27,938 bases of DNA. It comes from a virus (lineage: Duplodnaviria > Caudoviricetes). The stretch spans positions 1 to 27,938 of IMG/VR virus record IMGVR_UViG_3300021978_000004, one strand, 5' to 3'. Of the stretch, positions 9,275-18,057 are shown piece by piece (position 1 is the first letter of the stretch; every line of letters begins with the position of its first letter). The notes beneath the pieces were generated by a model. The model was not told where the DNA came from and made no database searches. It saw only the letters and a program-made list of their open reading frames with translations. The position numbers and the translations under genes are program-made.

Positions 9275-9732
9275 TAGGCAGGCTCCACGTATGCGGCGCT
9301 GGAAACGACGCTGTTGATCGAAACCGTGACCGTCATTTCCATGTTGCTGTCGGGCGCGACTTCGCCTTCATCGATGCTGGTGATCTCGCCCTGAACGTCG
9401 TCGGTCCACACCAGCACGCCCAGTTCGGGATAGTTGAACCGGATGTAGCGATCGCCGCCTTCCTCCAGCGCCGCCTTGAGCGCCACATAGGTATCGGAGC
9501 CGCGCCGGGCGTTCACTACGATTTCCGCCTCGCCGCTGTCGATCATGCCCTTCGTGTAGGTCCGCCGGCGATTGGGGGCCTTCAGCGTGGTCGTCTCGAC
9601 CCGTTCGGCAGTCGGGGTGCCGGGGGTGAAGCTGCGAACTTCCTGCAATTCCACGAGGTTGCCCACGGTGTCGTCGGACGACAGCCAAACCTCCCCGTTC
9701 CAGCCAGTGCTGGCTTCCTGCGTTTCCGCCAT
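9274..9732 (-). CDS. Major tail tube protein
   Basis: 152 aa, acidic; VETTTL...RRTYTKGMIDSG motif; RBS AGGAG; position after the tail terminator. Confidence 0.88.
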   Translation of the reverse strand: MAETQEASTGWNGEVWLSSDDTVGNLVELQEVRSFTPGTPTAERVETTTLKAPNRRRTYTKGMIDSGEAEIVVNARRGSDTYVALKAALEEGGDRYIRFNYPELGVLVWTDDVQGEITSIDEGEVAPDSNMEMTVTVSINSVVSSAAYVEPA

Positions 9733-9757
9733 TTCTCAATGCTCCTGTGAAGTGGAC

Positions 9758-10171
9758 CTAAGCCAATGAATGTTCGACCAGCAGGTCCATGCTGAGCCGA
9801 TGCACAAATCCGACGCCTTCAACGTCTTCGCCAAGGTCGCGCGGACCTTCCGCCCGCGTGCGACCAAACTTGACCCCCGCCACGGTGGCGGGAAGCGCAA
9901 CCGCGCCAATGATGCTTTCCGAAAGCGCACGGGCCTGCGCGTAGGTGTCCGCGAACACGTCCACCTGCACCCGCGTCTGCCGCCCGGCATCGTAACCGGT
10001 CAGGTGCTGGGGCCGCAGATCGGTGACCGTCTGCATCCGAAGGTAAGGCCGGTCCGCACCCTGCGGCACCTTCGTCCAGTAGATCCGTGTCTTGCCGTTC
10101 GCGATTAGCTGGGCCGCCAGGGAAGGGTCGGCCGCCAGTCTCGCGACCAGGGCGGATTGCATGTCAGCCAT
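9758..10171 (-). CDS. Tail terminator / completion protein (DUF3168-like)
   Basis: 137 aa; RIY...PQGA..PY and RVQVDVFA motifs; synteny. Confidence 0.85.
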   Translation of the reverse strand: MADMQSALVARLAADPSLAAQLIANGKTRIYWTKVPQGADRPYLRMQTVTDLRPQHLTGYDAGRQTRVQVDVFADTYAQARALSESIIGAVALPATVAGVKFGRTRAEGPRDLGEDVEGVGFVHRLSMDLLVEHSLA

Positions 10172-10174
10172 CGC

Positions 10175-10642
10175 TCACCCCTTGCTCGCTGCTTTCTTTC
10201 GCGCACGGGCGGCGGACTTCATCACCTCGGCCCGGATAATGTCGATCACGTCGTCCACTACCGATTGCCCCTCGGTATCTGCCGCAGGGCGCATGAAGGG
10301 ATTCGCGGCCATCTTGACCGTGCCGAACTCTTGCCATGCGGCGTATCCGCCTTCCGGTCGCCCGGTGGGACCGGTCAGCAACTCCACACCGGTCTGCCGC
10401 TGGAACTTCACCGAACCGCGCTGGCGGCGCGCCTTGGCGTTCTTCGTCGTGATGCTTTCGCGCAGCCTGCCATCGTCTGCCGGGGCCATTTGCTTGGCCC
10501 GGTCCTCGATCCGCTTCATCGCCTTTCGCATACCGCGACGGACCGCGTTCTTGCCCGTCGCCGTGCGGCCGCTCAGTTGTTCGATCTCGACAAGCGCCGC
10601 TTCCAGGCCGCTAAAGCCCGTCAGGTCAGCCTTCAGCTTCAC
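10175..10642 (-). CDS. HK97 gp10-like tail completion protein
   Basis: AP.D.G.LRESI and QEFGTVKMAANPFMRPA motifs. Confidence 0.9.
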   Translation of the reverse strand: MKLKADLTGFSGLEAALVEIEQLSGRTATGKNAVRRGMRKAMKRIEDRAKQMAPADDGRLRESITTKNAKARRQRGSVKFQRQTGVELLTGPTGRPEGGYAAWQEFGTVKMAANPFMRPAADTEGQSVVDDVIDIIRAEVMKSAARARKKAASKG

Positions 10643-10781
10643 CGGGCGTATCCTCGGCCACCAGTCCCGCCGCCATGAGGTTGACCCCGTCGCGTTCGCT
10701 CACTTCGTATTTCCGGCCAACGTTCTTCAGGTAGCGCGGCGGATAGGCGTTGCCATGCTTGCGGATCGTGCGAACCTTCAT
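10626..10781 (-). CDS. Small phage hypothetical protein (51 aa)
   Basis: MKVRTIRKHGNAY...YEVSERDGVNLMAAGLV; ATG at 10781 overlaps the head-closure TGA; fills the operon gap exactly. Confidence 0.65.
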   Translation of the reverse strand: MKVRTIRKHGNAYPPRYLKNVGRKYEVSERDGVNLMAAGLVAEDTPGEAEG

Positions 10782-11104
10782 GCTACTGCCCTCACTGCCG
10801 TGAACTCGATCTGCCCGCGCTTCGGGGTATCCGGCGCAATCGCCGTGATGTCCCACGGGGCCTCCCAGAAAATACGATCCTTCAGGGTCACGCTGCGCGT
10901 CAGGTCATGGGACAGCACGTTGAACGTCGCCGCCTGCGAACCCTGTTCCATCGCGGCTTCCCGGCGCTCGCTGCCGCGCCCGAAATAGACCGCCGCCCAC
11001 TCCGAACCGATGTCAGCCCAGGTTTCGATTTCCTCGTTATACTCGTTCTGCACCGTGGTGGCCCGCTGGAGCTTCACCAGCTTGTCGCGGCGGCCGGCGG
11101 TCAC
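10778..11104 (-). CDS. Head closure protein (SPP1 gp16 / head-tail adaptor)
   Basis: MTAGRRDKLVKLQ...NEYNE...W...WA motif; ATGA coupling. Confidence 0.9.
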   Translation of the reverse strand: MTAGRRDKLVKLQRATTVQNEYNEEIETWADIGSEWAAVYFGRGSERREAAMEQGSQAATFNVLSHDLTRSVTLKDRIFWEAPWDITAIAPDTPKRGQIEFTAVRAVA

Positions 11105-11631
11105 ACCATCCCCCAGCGGTGCGTATGGATCAGCATTTCCACGCCCAGCGGCAGTTCGCTCAGACCATCCGAAGCGCTGGCCTCCCTGTGTTCGTAGAGG
11201 TGCCCCAGCATCAACTTGACCGCCGCCAGCAGGGTGGGCGGGCAGGCCTGCCCCGCCGTGAACGTCACCGATGCCTGCCCGTAGGCCAGTGGCCAGACTC
11301 CGTTGACCGCAGGGGCGATCTTGCCATCCACCAGGCGGGCATCGTCATACGTCTGGGCCGCCCCATCGCTGTCGAGATAGCTGACTTCGACAATGGCGGT
11401 CACCGGGCGCATCGGCAGTTCGGAGGCGCGCGCGAAGCTGTCCGCCTCCCAAACATAATCCGCGCTCGCCAGAGCCACACCCGAAAGCCGCTCGACATAT
11501 TCGCAGGCGGCATCACGCAGCGCACTGATCACGCTGTCTTCGTCGCTGTGACGCACGCGCAGGTGTTCCTTTGCGTCGTCAAGCGGCAGAATGGCCTCCC
11601 CGTCGATCGGGGTCAGGCGGCGCAGGTCCAT
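11101..11631 (-). CDS. Head-tail connector (HK97 gp6-like)
   Basis: LDDAKEHLRV..SDED and AVKLMLGHLYEHRE motifs. Confidence 0.9.
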   Translation of the reverse strand: MDLRRLTPIDGEAILPLDDAKEHLRVRHSDEDSVISALRDAACEYVERLSGVALASADYVWEADSFARASELPMRPVTAIVEVSYLDSDGAAQTYDDARLVDGKIAPAVNGVWPLAYGQASVTFTAGQACPPTLLAAVKLMLGHLYEHREASASDGLSELPLGVEMLIHTHRWGMV

Positions 11632-11972
11632 TACGCAGCCGCCGCGATCGCGCCGGTTTCGTTGCTCATCGCACTCGCGCGGAAGCCATCGTTGTCGGCA
11701 TCGACCCGCACGCTGATGACCGCACCCTCGTCCGCTTCGACCAGCGTGTAAGTGGTGGCGGTTTCACCGTCGATTGCAGCGCCGTCGCGCAGCCACTGGC
11801 GGGCAAACGAAGGCGTGTTCGTCCACGTCCCGTTCGTCACGGTCAGGACTTCACCCACCTGCTCGGCCCCGGTGATCGCAGGCGCGACCGAATTGACCGG
11901 CTTGTGAACAGAGGCCGCTGCCGCACGGCGATAGGCCGCCTTGCCGCGGCGTCGTTCGATCGAGCTTGCCAT
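11631..11972 (-). CDS. Ig-like domain virion protein
   Basis: PVNSVAPAITG..QVGEVLTVTNGTW...QWLRDGAAI.G.T.TTYTL..AD.G..I.VRV is an Ig-like pattern; Arg-rich N-terminal arm. Confidence 0.7.
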   Translation of the reverse strand: MASSIERRRGKAAYRRAAAASVHKPVNSVAPAITGAEQVGEVLTVTNGTWTNTPSFARQWLRDGAAIDGETATTYTLVEADEGAVISVRVDADNDGFRASAMSNETGAIAAAA

Positions 11973-11973
11973 G

Positions 11974-12174
11974 TCAGCTATCCTTCCTCTTGCCGCGCGA
12001 CTTGTTCTTGGGCGCGGGGGCCTTCTTGTTCGCCGGTGCGGGTTCGGCCTTGACGATCTCTACCGCGCCACGCTCCGCGAGCCGCTGCGCGTCGGCGGCA
12101 TCATACTCCGCGAACCCGCCAATCTCCGCGCCGTTCAGGGGGCGCAGCAGCTTGACCTTCACTTTCTCAGCCAT
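11974..12174 (-). CDS. Small post-capsid protein (66 aa)
   Basis: Strong RBS AGGAAGGGAG; VKVKLLRPL...DAQRLAERGAVE plus a basic APKNK tail, typical of the small gene after HK97-like capsids. Confidence 0.7.
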   Translation of the reverse strand: MAEKVKVKLLRPLNGAEIGGFAEYDAADAQRLAERGAVEIVKAEPAPANKKAPAPKNKSRGKRKDS

Positions 12175-12215
12175 GCTTGGGAACTCCCTTCCTGAAACGC
12201 CCCCGAGGGCGCTTT

Positions 12216-12246
12216 AGGAAAGGGCGGAGACCCGAAGGCCCCCGCC
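12216..12246 (-). terminator. Hairpin after the capsid gene (weak intrinsic terminator or mRNA stabiliser)
   Basis: GGCGGGGGCC-UUCG-GGUCUCCGCC, a 10-bp stem with a C(UUCG)G loop, followed by a short CUUUCCU tract. Confidence 0.6.
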
Positions 12247-12254
12247 ACAGTCCG

Positions 12255-13451
12255 TTAGGCCACGCGGCCCAGATCGCCGTAAACCAGCGCTTCCGGGCGA
12301 TAGACCGCCAGCGCGAGCCGTTCCTCGGCGCGGATGGTGACCTTGTTCTTCTGGAAGTTGTCGGCGTCCTCGGTCGAAACCTCGACCGTGGCATCCTGCC
12401 GGTCGAAGATCTGCGCCGCCAGGTCGAACGCACCGATCAGGAACTTGTCCTCGGTCATCGCCTGCGTGGCGACGACGGGCAGGCCCCACAGCTGCGCCCC
12501 GATGGTGCCCTGCGGATTGCCGATCAGGTAGCCGCCGGCCGAGTCCTTCAGGGTTTCCATGTAGGCCCAGTCGATCGGATTCAGGACAATGCCGTTCGGC
12601 GGGTATTCGGCCAGTGCCACCTGGAGCATACCGAGCCGGATCGTATCCAGCATGTTGGCGCTGTCCGGGGTGAACGACGGTGAATAGGCCGTGGCTTCGG
12701 TCACGAGGCCCGAAAGGTTCTGGCCGGTGCCGTCGCCGTTCAGCAGCTGGCTTTCCTCGACGTAGGCCAGGCCGTAGCGCAGGCGATTGTCGATGATCGA
12801 ACGCAGGCCGGGCGCATCCGCAAGGATCTGCACCGACGCGCGCATCCAGTGAGCGATCGTGCGAACCGGCGCGGTCGCTTCTTCATACTGGATTTCCGAC
12901 TGGGGCTTGGCCGCACCTTCCGCGACCGGAGCCGCGTTATTGGTGAACACCTTTTCCTTGTCGTATTCGATCGTGTTCGACGAGGTGTTGCCCTGCGCCA
13001 GCAGCGCGCGGATCGTCATGCGGCGGCGCGGCAGCTCCGTGCCGGACACGCGATCGGGCTGCACCAGCGTGCCCACCGAACCCGGGGCGTCGGTCGTCAG
13101 CGAGGTGATGTCCTTGACTTCCTCGATGTAGCGACCACGCGGGCGGGTCTGGCCGGCGAACGCCTTGAAGCCTTCGCTTTCCACGAACTTGGCACCGGCG
13201 GTCTGCGGGCCGGACTTCTCCGCCGTCTCGCGCGCCAGCTTCTGCTCCAGTTCCTGCATGAGGCCCTTGACCTCGTTCAGGCCGGTGATTGCCTCGTCAG
13301 CCTTGGTTTTCTCGCCTTCGGAAAGCTGCTTGCCTTCCTCGGCCAGAGCCAGTGCCTTCTCGGCAATTTCCTTCACCGCGTCGTGCTTCTTGTCGAACGC
13401 GGCCTTCGTCTCGGCGGCCAGCTCGGCCACCGACTTCGTTTCGGTCGTCAT
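12255..13451 (-). CDS. Major capsid protein, HK97 fold
   Basis: Likely start MTTETKSV at 13451 (RBS AGGA); coiled-coil delta domain; EESQLLNGDGTG, LWGLPVV and RAEERLAL.VYRP motifs. Confidence 0.95.
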   Translation of the reverse strand: MTTETKSVAELAAETKAAFDKKHDAVKEIAEKALALAEEGKQLSEGEKTKADEAITGLNEVKGLMQELEQKLARETAEKSGPQTAGAKFVESEGFKAFAGQTRPRGRYIEEVKDITSLTTDAPGSVGTLVQPDRVSGTELPRRRMTIRALLAQGNTSSNTIEYDKEKVFTNNAAPVAEGAAKPQSEIQYEEATAPVRTIAHWMRASVQILADAPGLRSIIDNRLRYGLAYVEESQLLNGDGTGQNLSGLVTEATAYSPSFTPDSANMLDTIRLGMLQVALAEYPPNGIVLNPIDWAYMETLKDSAGGYLIGNPQGTIGAQLWGLPVVATQAMTEDKFLIGAFDLAAQIFDRQDATVEVSTEDADNFQKNKVTIRAEERLALAVYRPEALVYGDLGRVA

Positions 13452-13467
13452 AGCGATTTTCCTGTGT

Positions 13468-14190
13468 TCAGAGGTCTGCGAAAGAGACCTGATTTCCGTT
13501 CTCGTCCTCACAGATCACGTCTGCATCGGACAGGGCCGCCCAGAAGGCAGCCATCGGGTCGGCAGGTTCGTCGCGGCCCCCGCGATCGTCGTGCAGCAGA
13601 GCGTTTGCCATGCGCTCGGCTTCGGAGTTGGAAACCGCGAAGGCATCCTTCAGCAGCCCCTCCAACTCGCGCCGCTGGGGCCGGTCCCCGGCGATCCAGC
13701 GTGAAAGAACTTCGTCACCCTTCACCCCGGTGACAGTGGCCCGGCGATTGGCCGGGAAATTGACGGGAGAGATCTCCCACAGCTCCAGCTTTTCCAGCAG
13801 GCGGACGCCGCGGCGCTTTTCGTCCTCGCGGCTTTCGATCACCTCGTAACCGATCGACAAGCCGCGAACGCTCTTGCGCTTCATTGCACGGTGAACGCGC
13901 TGCCCCACCGGGTCGTCCAGGTCGATCTGGCCCTTCACCCAGAGGCCCTTCCCGTCCTCGGCCATGTCGGTCCAGTTGCCGATCGGCAGGTCACCCGCAT
14001 TATGCCCCCAGAGCATCAGCGGCATCGTGCCCTGGCGCTTGTGCCGCACCAGCGATTCCGCGAATGCGCCGGGCAGGATAACGTCACCGTAGCTGTCGGG
14101 TTCGCCGCCAAAGGTGCTGCCGTAACCCTCGATTACCCCGGCCTCGTCAGTGGCCTTGATCTCCAGCCCGAAATCCTTGTGGAGCATCAT
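13468..14190 (-). CDS. Prohead maturation protease (HK97 type)
   Basis: IEGYGSTFG..DSYGD, MLWGH, GLSIGY and EISPVNFPAN motifs. Confidence 0.95.
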   Translation of the reverse strand: MMLHKDFGLEIKATDEAGVIEGYGSTFGGEPDSYGDVILPGAFAESLVRHKRQGTMPLMLWGHNAGDLPIGNWTDMAEDGKGLWVKGQIDLDDPVGQRVHRAMKRKSVRGLSIGYEVIESREDEKRRGVRLLEKLELWEISPVNFPANRRATVTGVKGDEVLSRWIAGDRPQRRELEGLLKDAFAVSNSEAERMANALLHDDRGGRDEPADPMAAFWAALSDADVICEDENGNQVSFADL

Positions 14191-15446
14191 TCTTCCTCCT
14201 GCCCCGCTTCGGTTATGGGGACGTTCTGCATCTGCATTCGTGGCGTATCGCCGCCCTCGACCGGGGGCAGATTCTCAAGGGCACGCACTTCGTTGATCGT
14301 GCGCCATCCGTTCTGAAGACCAGACTGATAAAACTCGGCCCGAGTCATGCTGTCACCGCGCAACAGGCCCTCAAGGTTGAACTCGATCGACACGCCGGCA
14401 TCGCGCTCGGCACGGGACAGCAGTTGCTTCTCCAGCGCCTGCTCGATCCGCTTGAGGCGGCGGCGCAGGCTGAACTTCACGAAACCCAGCGTCTGTTGTT
14501 CGATCCCGCTGCCCCAGCTGGTCGATTTCTCGGAATGACCGACCATGTGCGGCGGCACCCCGAAAATGCGGCAAATCTCTTCGACGCCCCAACCGCGCGT
14601 CTCGATCATCTGCGCGTCCTCGGGCGACAGGTCGAGCTGGTGCCACTCCATTCCCCGATCCAGCACCATCGGGCGGCCGCTGTTCTTTGCCCCGCGGAAC
14701 TTGTCCTGAAGCAGGGTTTCCAGTTCCGCCCGCTGTTCCTTCGTCAGCGTGATGCTTTCATGCGTTGCGAGGATGCCGCTCGGCTGAATCCCGTTCGCAA
14801 AGATCGATTCTGCCGCTCGGTCAGCCGCCATCGCCGCGTCGAATGCCCCGCGGCACGTTGCCAGCGTGGACATGCCCGTAAGGCCGTCGCTCAGCGGGCC
14901 GCGGATATGCAGGACATCCTTACTGCGTAGATCGACCTGTTCGCCGTTCTCGGTCCAGCGATACTGAATATCGCCGTTCTCCATCCGGCGCACAGTGACC
15001 GCATCGGGACGCACCGGCGTCAGAGCGATCACCCCGCCGCCGACACCCCTGTTGATGCGCGCGTAAGCATTGCCCTGAAGCTCGATCCCTGCCGACTGGA
15101 ACTCCCAAAAATCCACCGCCGTCTGATCGTAGTTCGGGCTGTCGTGCAGTAGCCAATAAAGCGGGTGCTCCCGATCAACACGCTTCACGTCGCCGTCCCG
15201 GCGATAGACCATAAGCGGCAGCGAACCGATCGTGCCCGCGATCAGGTTGACGCAGGCCCACGTCGCAGAAAGCCCAATCGCCCCTCGACCCGTCGCCAGC
15301 ATGATGTCGCGGGCGTCCGCGACGGTGACCTGATTAGTCCGAAAGTTAGTCCCGTTCTCGGTCGAGAGCGTCGAATTGCGCCACGGGATAATGTCTTTCG
15401 ACTCCCCGTCGCGCTCCAGCCCGAACATTTGCCGCAGCCACCCCAT
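14187..15446 (-). CDS. Portal protein (HK97 type)
   Basis: WACVNLIAGTIGSLPL, LQGNAY, EEICRIFGVPP and NEVRALENLPP motifs. Confidence 0.96.
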   Translation of the reverse strand: MGWLRQMFGLERDGESKDIIPWRNSTLSTENGTNFRTNQVTVADARDIMLATGRGAIGLSATWACVNLIAGTIGSLPLMVYRRDGDVKRVDREHPLYWLLHDSPNYDQTAVDFWEFQSAGIELQGNAYARINRGVGGGVIALTPVRPDAVTVRRMENGDIQYRWTENGEQVDLRSKDVLHIRGPLSDGLTGMSTLATCRGAFDAAMAADRAAESIFANGIQPSGILATHESITLTKEQRAELETLLQDKFRGAKNSGRPMVLDRGMEWHQLDLSPEDAQMIETRGWGVEEICRIFGVPPHMVGHSEKSTSWGSGIEQQTLGFVKFSLRRRLKRIEQALEKQLLSRAERDAGVSIEFNLEGLLRGDSMTRAEFYQSGLQNGWRTINEVRALENLPPVEGGDTPRMQMQNVPITEAGQEEE

Positions 15447-16948
15447 CAGGCGAAGCTCGCAATCCAGTCGTCAACCGGCACGGTGGAATCAGTTGCCATC
15501 GCCTCAACCCCTTCCGCCATTGCCAGCGCCACCATCCCGTCAATGCGACCGGTGGCCTTCGACTTGTCCAATTTCCTGTTGCCCGCTGGATCGGGAACCG
15601 CGACTGCATTAGCCGCGCACATGGCTAGCACCGGGTGCCCGCCATGCCTTACCCGCTCCATCAGCAAGTCGCTCTCCAGCGCGTCCAGCGCAGGCGACAT
15701 GCTCACATAACCCTGTCCGAATGGCTCCAGCGGCAGATCCACACCCGCTGCGTCCAGCGCGGCCTTCATTCGGTCCATCCGCCAGCGGTCGAACCCGATC
15801 CGGGCCACCCCCAGTCCTGCCGTGATCTCCGCTATGTCCCTCGCGACGAAGGCGTAATCGATTACCCGGCCGGGCGTCGTTCGCAGTAGCCCCTCGCGCA
15901 CCCAGACATCATACGGTGCCCGGTCCCGCTTCGACGCCTCAGCAACGGTGTCGTGCGGCATCCAAAAGAACGGGTGAACATGAAGCACCCCGCCCTTCCG
16001 GCATGTCAGCACAAGCGCGGTCAGGTCGGTCGTGGCGGACAAGTCGAGGCCGCCGAAGACTTGCCCCTCCAGCGGCTCGGGCGCCTCGTTGCCCGCCTTC
16101 CATACCGCGGGCGACACGAATGCCGCCACCATGTTCCGGCGCTGGTTTAGCGTCAGCACCCGGAACGTGTTCTCCGCGCTCGGCATCCGCTGAGCCTGCC
16201 GCGCCTGCTCCTCTACGTCCTTTTCGCTGCGAAACAGCCCAAGGGCCGGATTGGCCGCCCGCCACGCATCGCGATCCATAAGGTCGCAGTCATCGGGAGC
16301 CGTATAGACATGGCTCACAATCGTCGGATCTTCGGACCGCTCGGCGTCGTCCAGCCAGATGCTCCACAGGTCCGCGTCGGTCGGGGCCTGCGTAGAAATC
16401 CCGATAAGCAGCGGCGCGTCGTGCGCCCCCTGCGAAGTCGTGATCGCGTCCACGAAATCGTTTTGCGGCCCCTTGACCTGCCCCATCTCGTCCAGGATCG
16501 CCAGAAACGGCGAAAGCCCGTGTGCGGTTCGACCTTCCGCCGCCAGCGCCCGGAACTCGGTATTCATCGGCAGCCCGATAAGGCGCTTGCCGCTCGGCAC
16601 GATCCGAACGATCTTCGACAGCTCGGGCGACATCTGCACCATCTTTGCCGCCAGCCCGAAGACAAGCGCCGCCTGGTCGCGAGACAGCGCCCCACTGACG
16701 ATCTGGCCGTTCAACTTCGCTTCCGGCCCGACCAGGTAGGCCAGCAGCAGGCAGGCGATCAAAGCCGTCTTGCCGTTCTTTCGCCCAACCGAGAGGTAAG
16801 CCCTGCGCGTGCCTGACGGATTGTCCAGCACGTCGAGAATGAACTTGCGCTGGAACTCGGCAAGCTCGATCGGCTCCCCGACCTTCGCCCCCTCGGGGAC
16901 CCTGCAATATCGCGAGATGAAGGCGCAAACCTTCTCGCCGCGGGTCAC
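15446..16948 (-). CDS. terL: Terminase large subunit
   Basis: Walker A GRKNGKT, Walker B AILDE, nuclease motifs GLDLS and IDGMVALAMA; GTG start overlaps the terS stop. Confidence 0.97.
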   Translation of the reverse strand: MTRGEKVCAFISRYCRVPEGAKVGEPIELAEFQRKFILDVLDNPSGTRRAYLSVGRKNGKTALIACLLLAYLVGPEAKLNGQIVSGALSRDQAALVFGLAAKMVQMSPELSKIVRIVPSGKRLIGLPMNTEFRALAAEGRTAHGLSPFLAILDEMGQVKGPQNDFVDAITTSQGAHDAPLLIGISTQAPTDADLWSIWLDDAERSEDPTIVSHVYTAPDDCDLMDRDAWRAANPALGLFRSEKDVEEQARQAQRMPSAENTFRVLTLNQRRNMVAAFVSPAVWKAGNEAPEPLEGQVFGGLDLSATTDLTALVLTCRKGGVLHVHPFFWMPHDTVAEASKRDRAPYDVWVREGLLRTTPGRVIDYAFVARDIAEITAGLGVARIGFDRWRMDRMKAALDAAGVDLPLEPFGQGYVSMSPALDALESDLLMERVRHGGHPVLAMCAANAVAVPDPAGNRKLDKSKATGRIDGMVALAMAEGVEAMATDSTVPVDDWIASFA

Positions 16949-17406
16949 TGGACCGTGGGCCTCGCCAGCAGATCGTCGTCAAGATCGGCTTCGACGCCCT
17001 TGGCCTGGCGTTGCCGCTTAGCCACGTCGCGGGCTTCCCCCTGTTTCGCGCGCGCGTGAAGGCTCAGCGACCGACGAAACGAGAGGATGTCCCCGGTCAG
17101 GGACTTCACCGCTCGGGCGCGAGGATTCTCCACCGTCGTCCCGTTCTCGCGAACCGAGATCATTCCCTCCCTGCGAAGGGTCCGCTGTTCCTGCTCCAGT
17201 GTCGCCAGCGTGCGCGCCAGCATCGCCGCCAGCTCGATCTGATGCTCGGTCCACTCCGACCGGGCGAACTCCTCGATCACGTTCTCGAAGAACGGCCAAT
17301 CGATGTCGTCCAGCGGGACATGCGCCGGGGGCTGGATCTGCCGGGTAGCCCCCTGCATGATTTTGACCGCGGCAGCATTGCTGTCCACGCGCTGCTTGCG
17401 TGCCAT
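16945..17406 (-). CDS. terS: Terminase small subunit (P27-like)
   Basis: Likely start MARKQRVDS at 17406 (RBS AGGA); G...ENP motif; directly upstream of terL. Confidence 0.85.
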   Translation of the reverse strand: MARKQRVDSNAAAVKIMQGATRQIQPPAHVPLDDIDWPFFENVIEEFARSEWTEHQIELAAMLARTLATLEQEQRTLRREGMISVRENGTTVENPRARAVKSLTGDILSFRRSLSLHARAKQGEARDVAKRQRQAKGVEADLDDDLLARPTVQ

Positions 17407-17429
17407 CGTGACGATTCCTGTGTTAGCGA

Positions 17430-17492
17430 CTTTTTTGCAGTTCCGCGGCGATTTCCGCGCTCGACGTTCCGAACTTTGACCCACCCCCCTAC
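17430..17492 (-). other. Candidate cos region
   Basis: Lies between HNH and terS, where HK97-like cos sites are found; GGGGGGTGGGTCAAA followed by CGCCGCGGAA (17441-17450) and an A-tract. Confidence 0.45.
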
Positions 17493-17578
17493 CGGGATGG
17501 CTCTCTCCCAAGCCGGACCTGCTCTCCATCGATGTGCATTCGCACCGCCAGGATGTCCCTAACCCCTCGCCGGGCCAG

Positions 17579-17911
17579 CTAGACAGGCCATCCATCCTCT
17601 CCGAATGTCAGCTTGGGCCTGTGCCCGAATTGCTCTGCGGTGCGCTTGCCGTGGCAGTCGTGGCACAGGTTGCGGGTGTTGCTGTCGATGTCCTCGCCGC
17701 CAAGGGCCAGGGGCTTGATATGATCCACTACATCTGCGGGGCGAACCATCCCTTTGGCTTGGCAGTCCTCGCATAGGCCGTTCGTTCGGGCGAGGCGGCG
17801 CTTGCGGAGAGCTACGCCCTTGCGGCCGCGGATGCGGTTCGTGTCCCGCTTGCTCTCGGGCCGCCATGGCTTGCGTTCCCGCCGCATGAATACGGGGGGC
17901 TGATTAGCCAT
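17579..17911 (-). CDS. HNH endonuclease, packaging cofactor (HK97 gp74-like)
   Basis: CEDC...VDHIKPL..GG.D..SN...LCHDCH; start MANQPP at 17911 via TGATG coupling; directly upstream of terS. Confidence 0.92.
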   Translation of the reverse strand: MANQPPVFMRRERKPWRPESKRDTNRIRGRKGVALRKRRLARTNGLCEDCQAKGMVRPADVVDHIKPLALGGEDIDSNTRNLCHDCHGKRTAEQFGHRPKLTFGEDGWPV

Positions 17912-18057
17912 CACACGCCCCAGCGCCATCCTTCGCCGCGCTCAATGCACCTACGCTTGGCGTTCGCATACACACAGGGTAGGCAATAACGGTTAGGCTC
18001 GTTTAGGTGCGGCAGGTGCTTGCGGCCACAAGGTTGCACCGTAAGTGGTTCAGTCAC
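17911..18057 (-). CDS. 48-aa Cys/His micro-protein (possible Zn finger)
   Basis: RBS GAGAGG and GTG start; MTEPLTVQPCGRKHLPHLNEPNRYCLPCVYANAKRRCIERGEGWRWGV*; stop overlaps the HNH start (TGATG). Too short for the ORF track. Confidence 0.6.
   Translation of the reverse strand: MTEPLTVQPCGRKHLPHLNEPNRYCLPCVYANAKRRCIERGEGWRWGV

Noticed and set aside
13452-13511. N-terminal extensions in the ORF track (capsid; likewise 17595, 6021, 5359, 10856, 17929, 20680, 23267)
   Set aside because: Downstream starts have better RBSs or ATGA/TGATG coupling, so the shorter starts were used.
2246-17406. Gene transfer agent (RcGTA-like) cluster
   Set aside because: Baseplate gene order is GTA-like, but integrase, replication gene, origin, HNH/cos-type packaging and an att site indicate a self-mobilising element.
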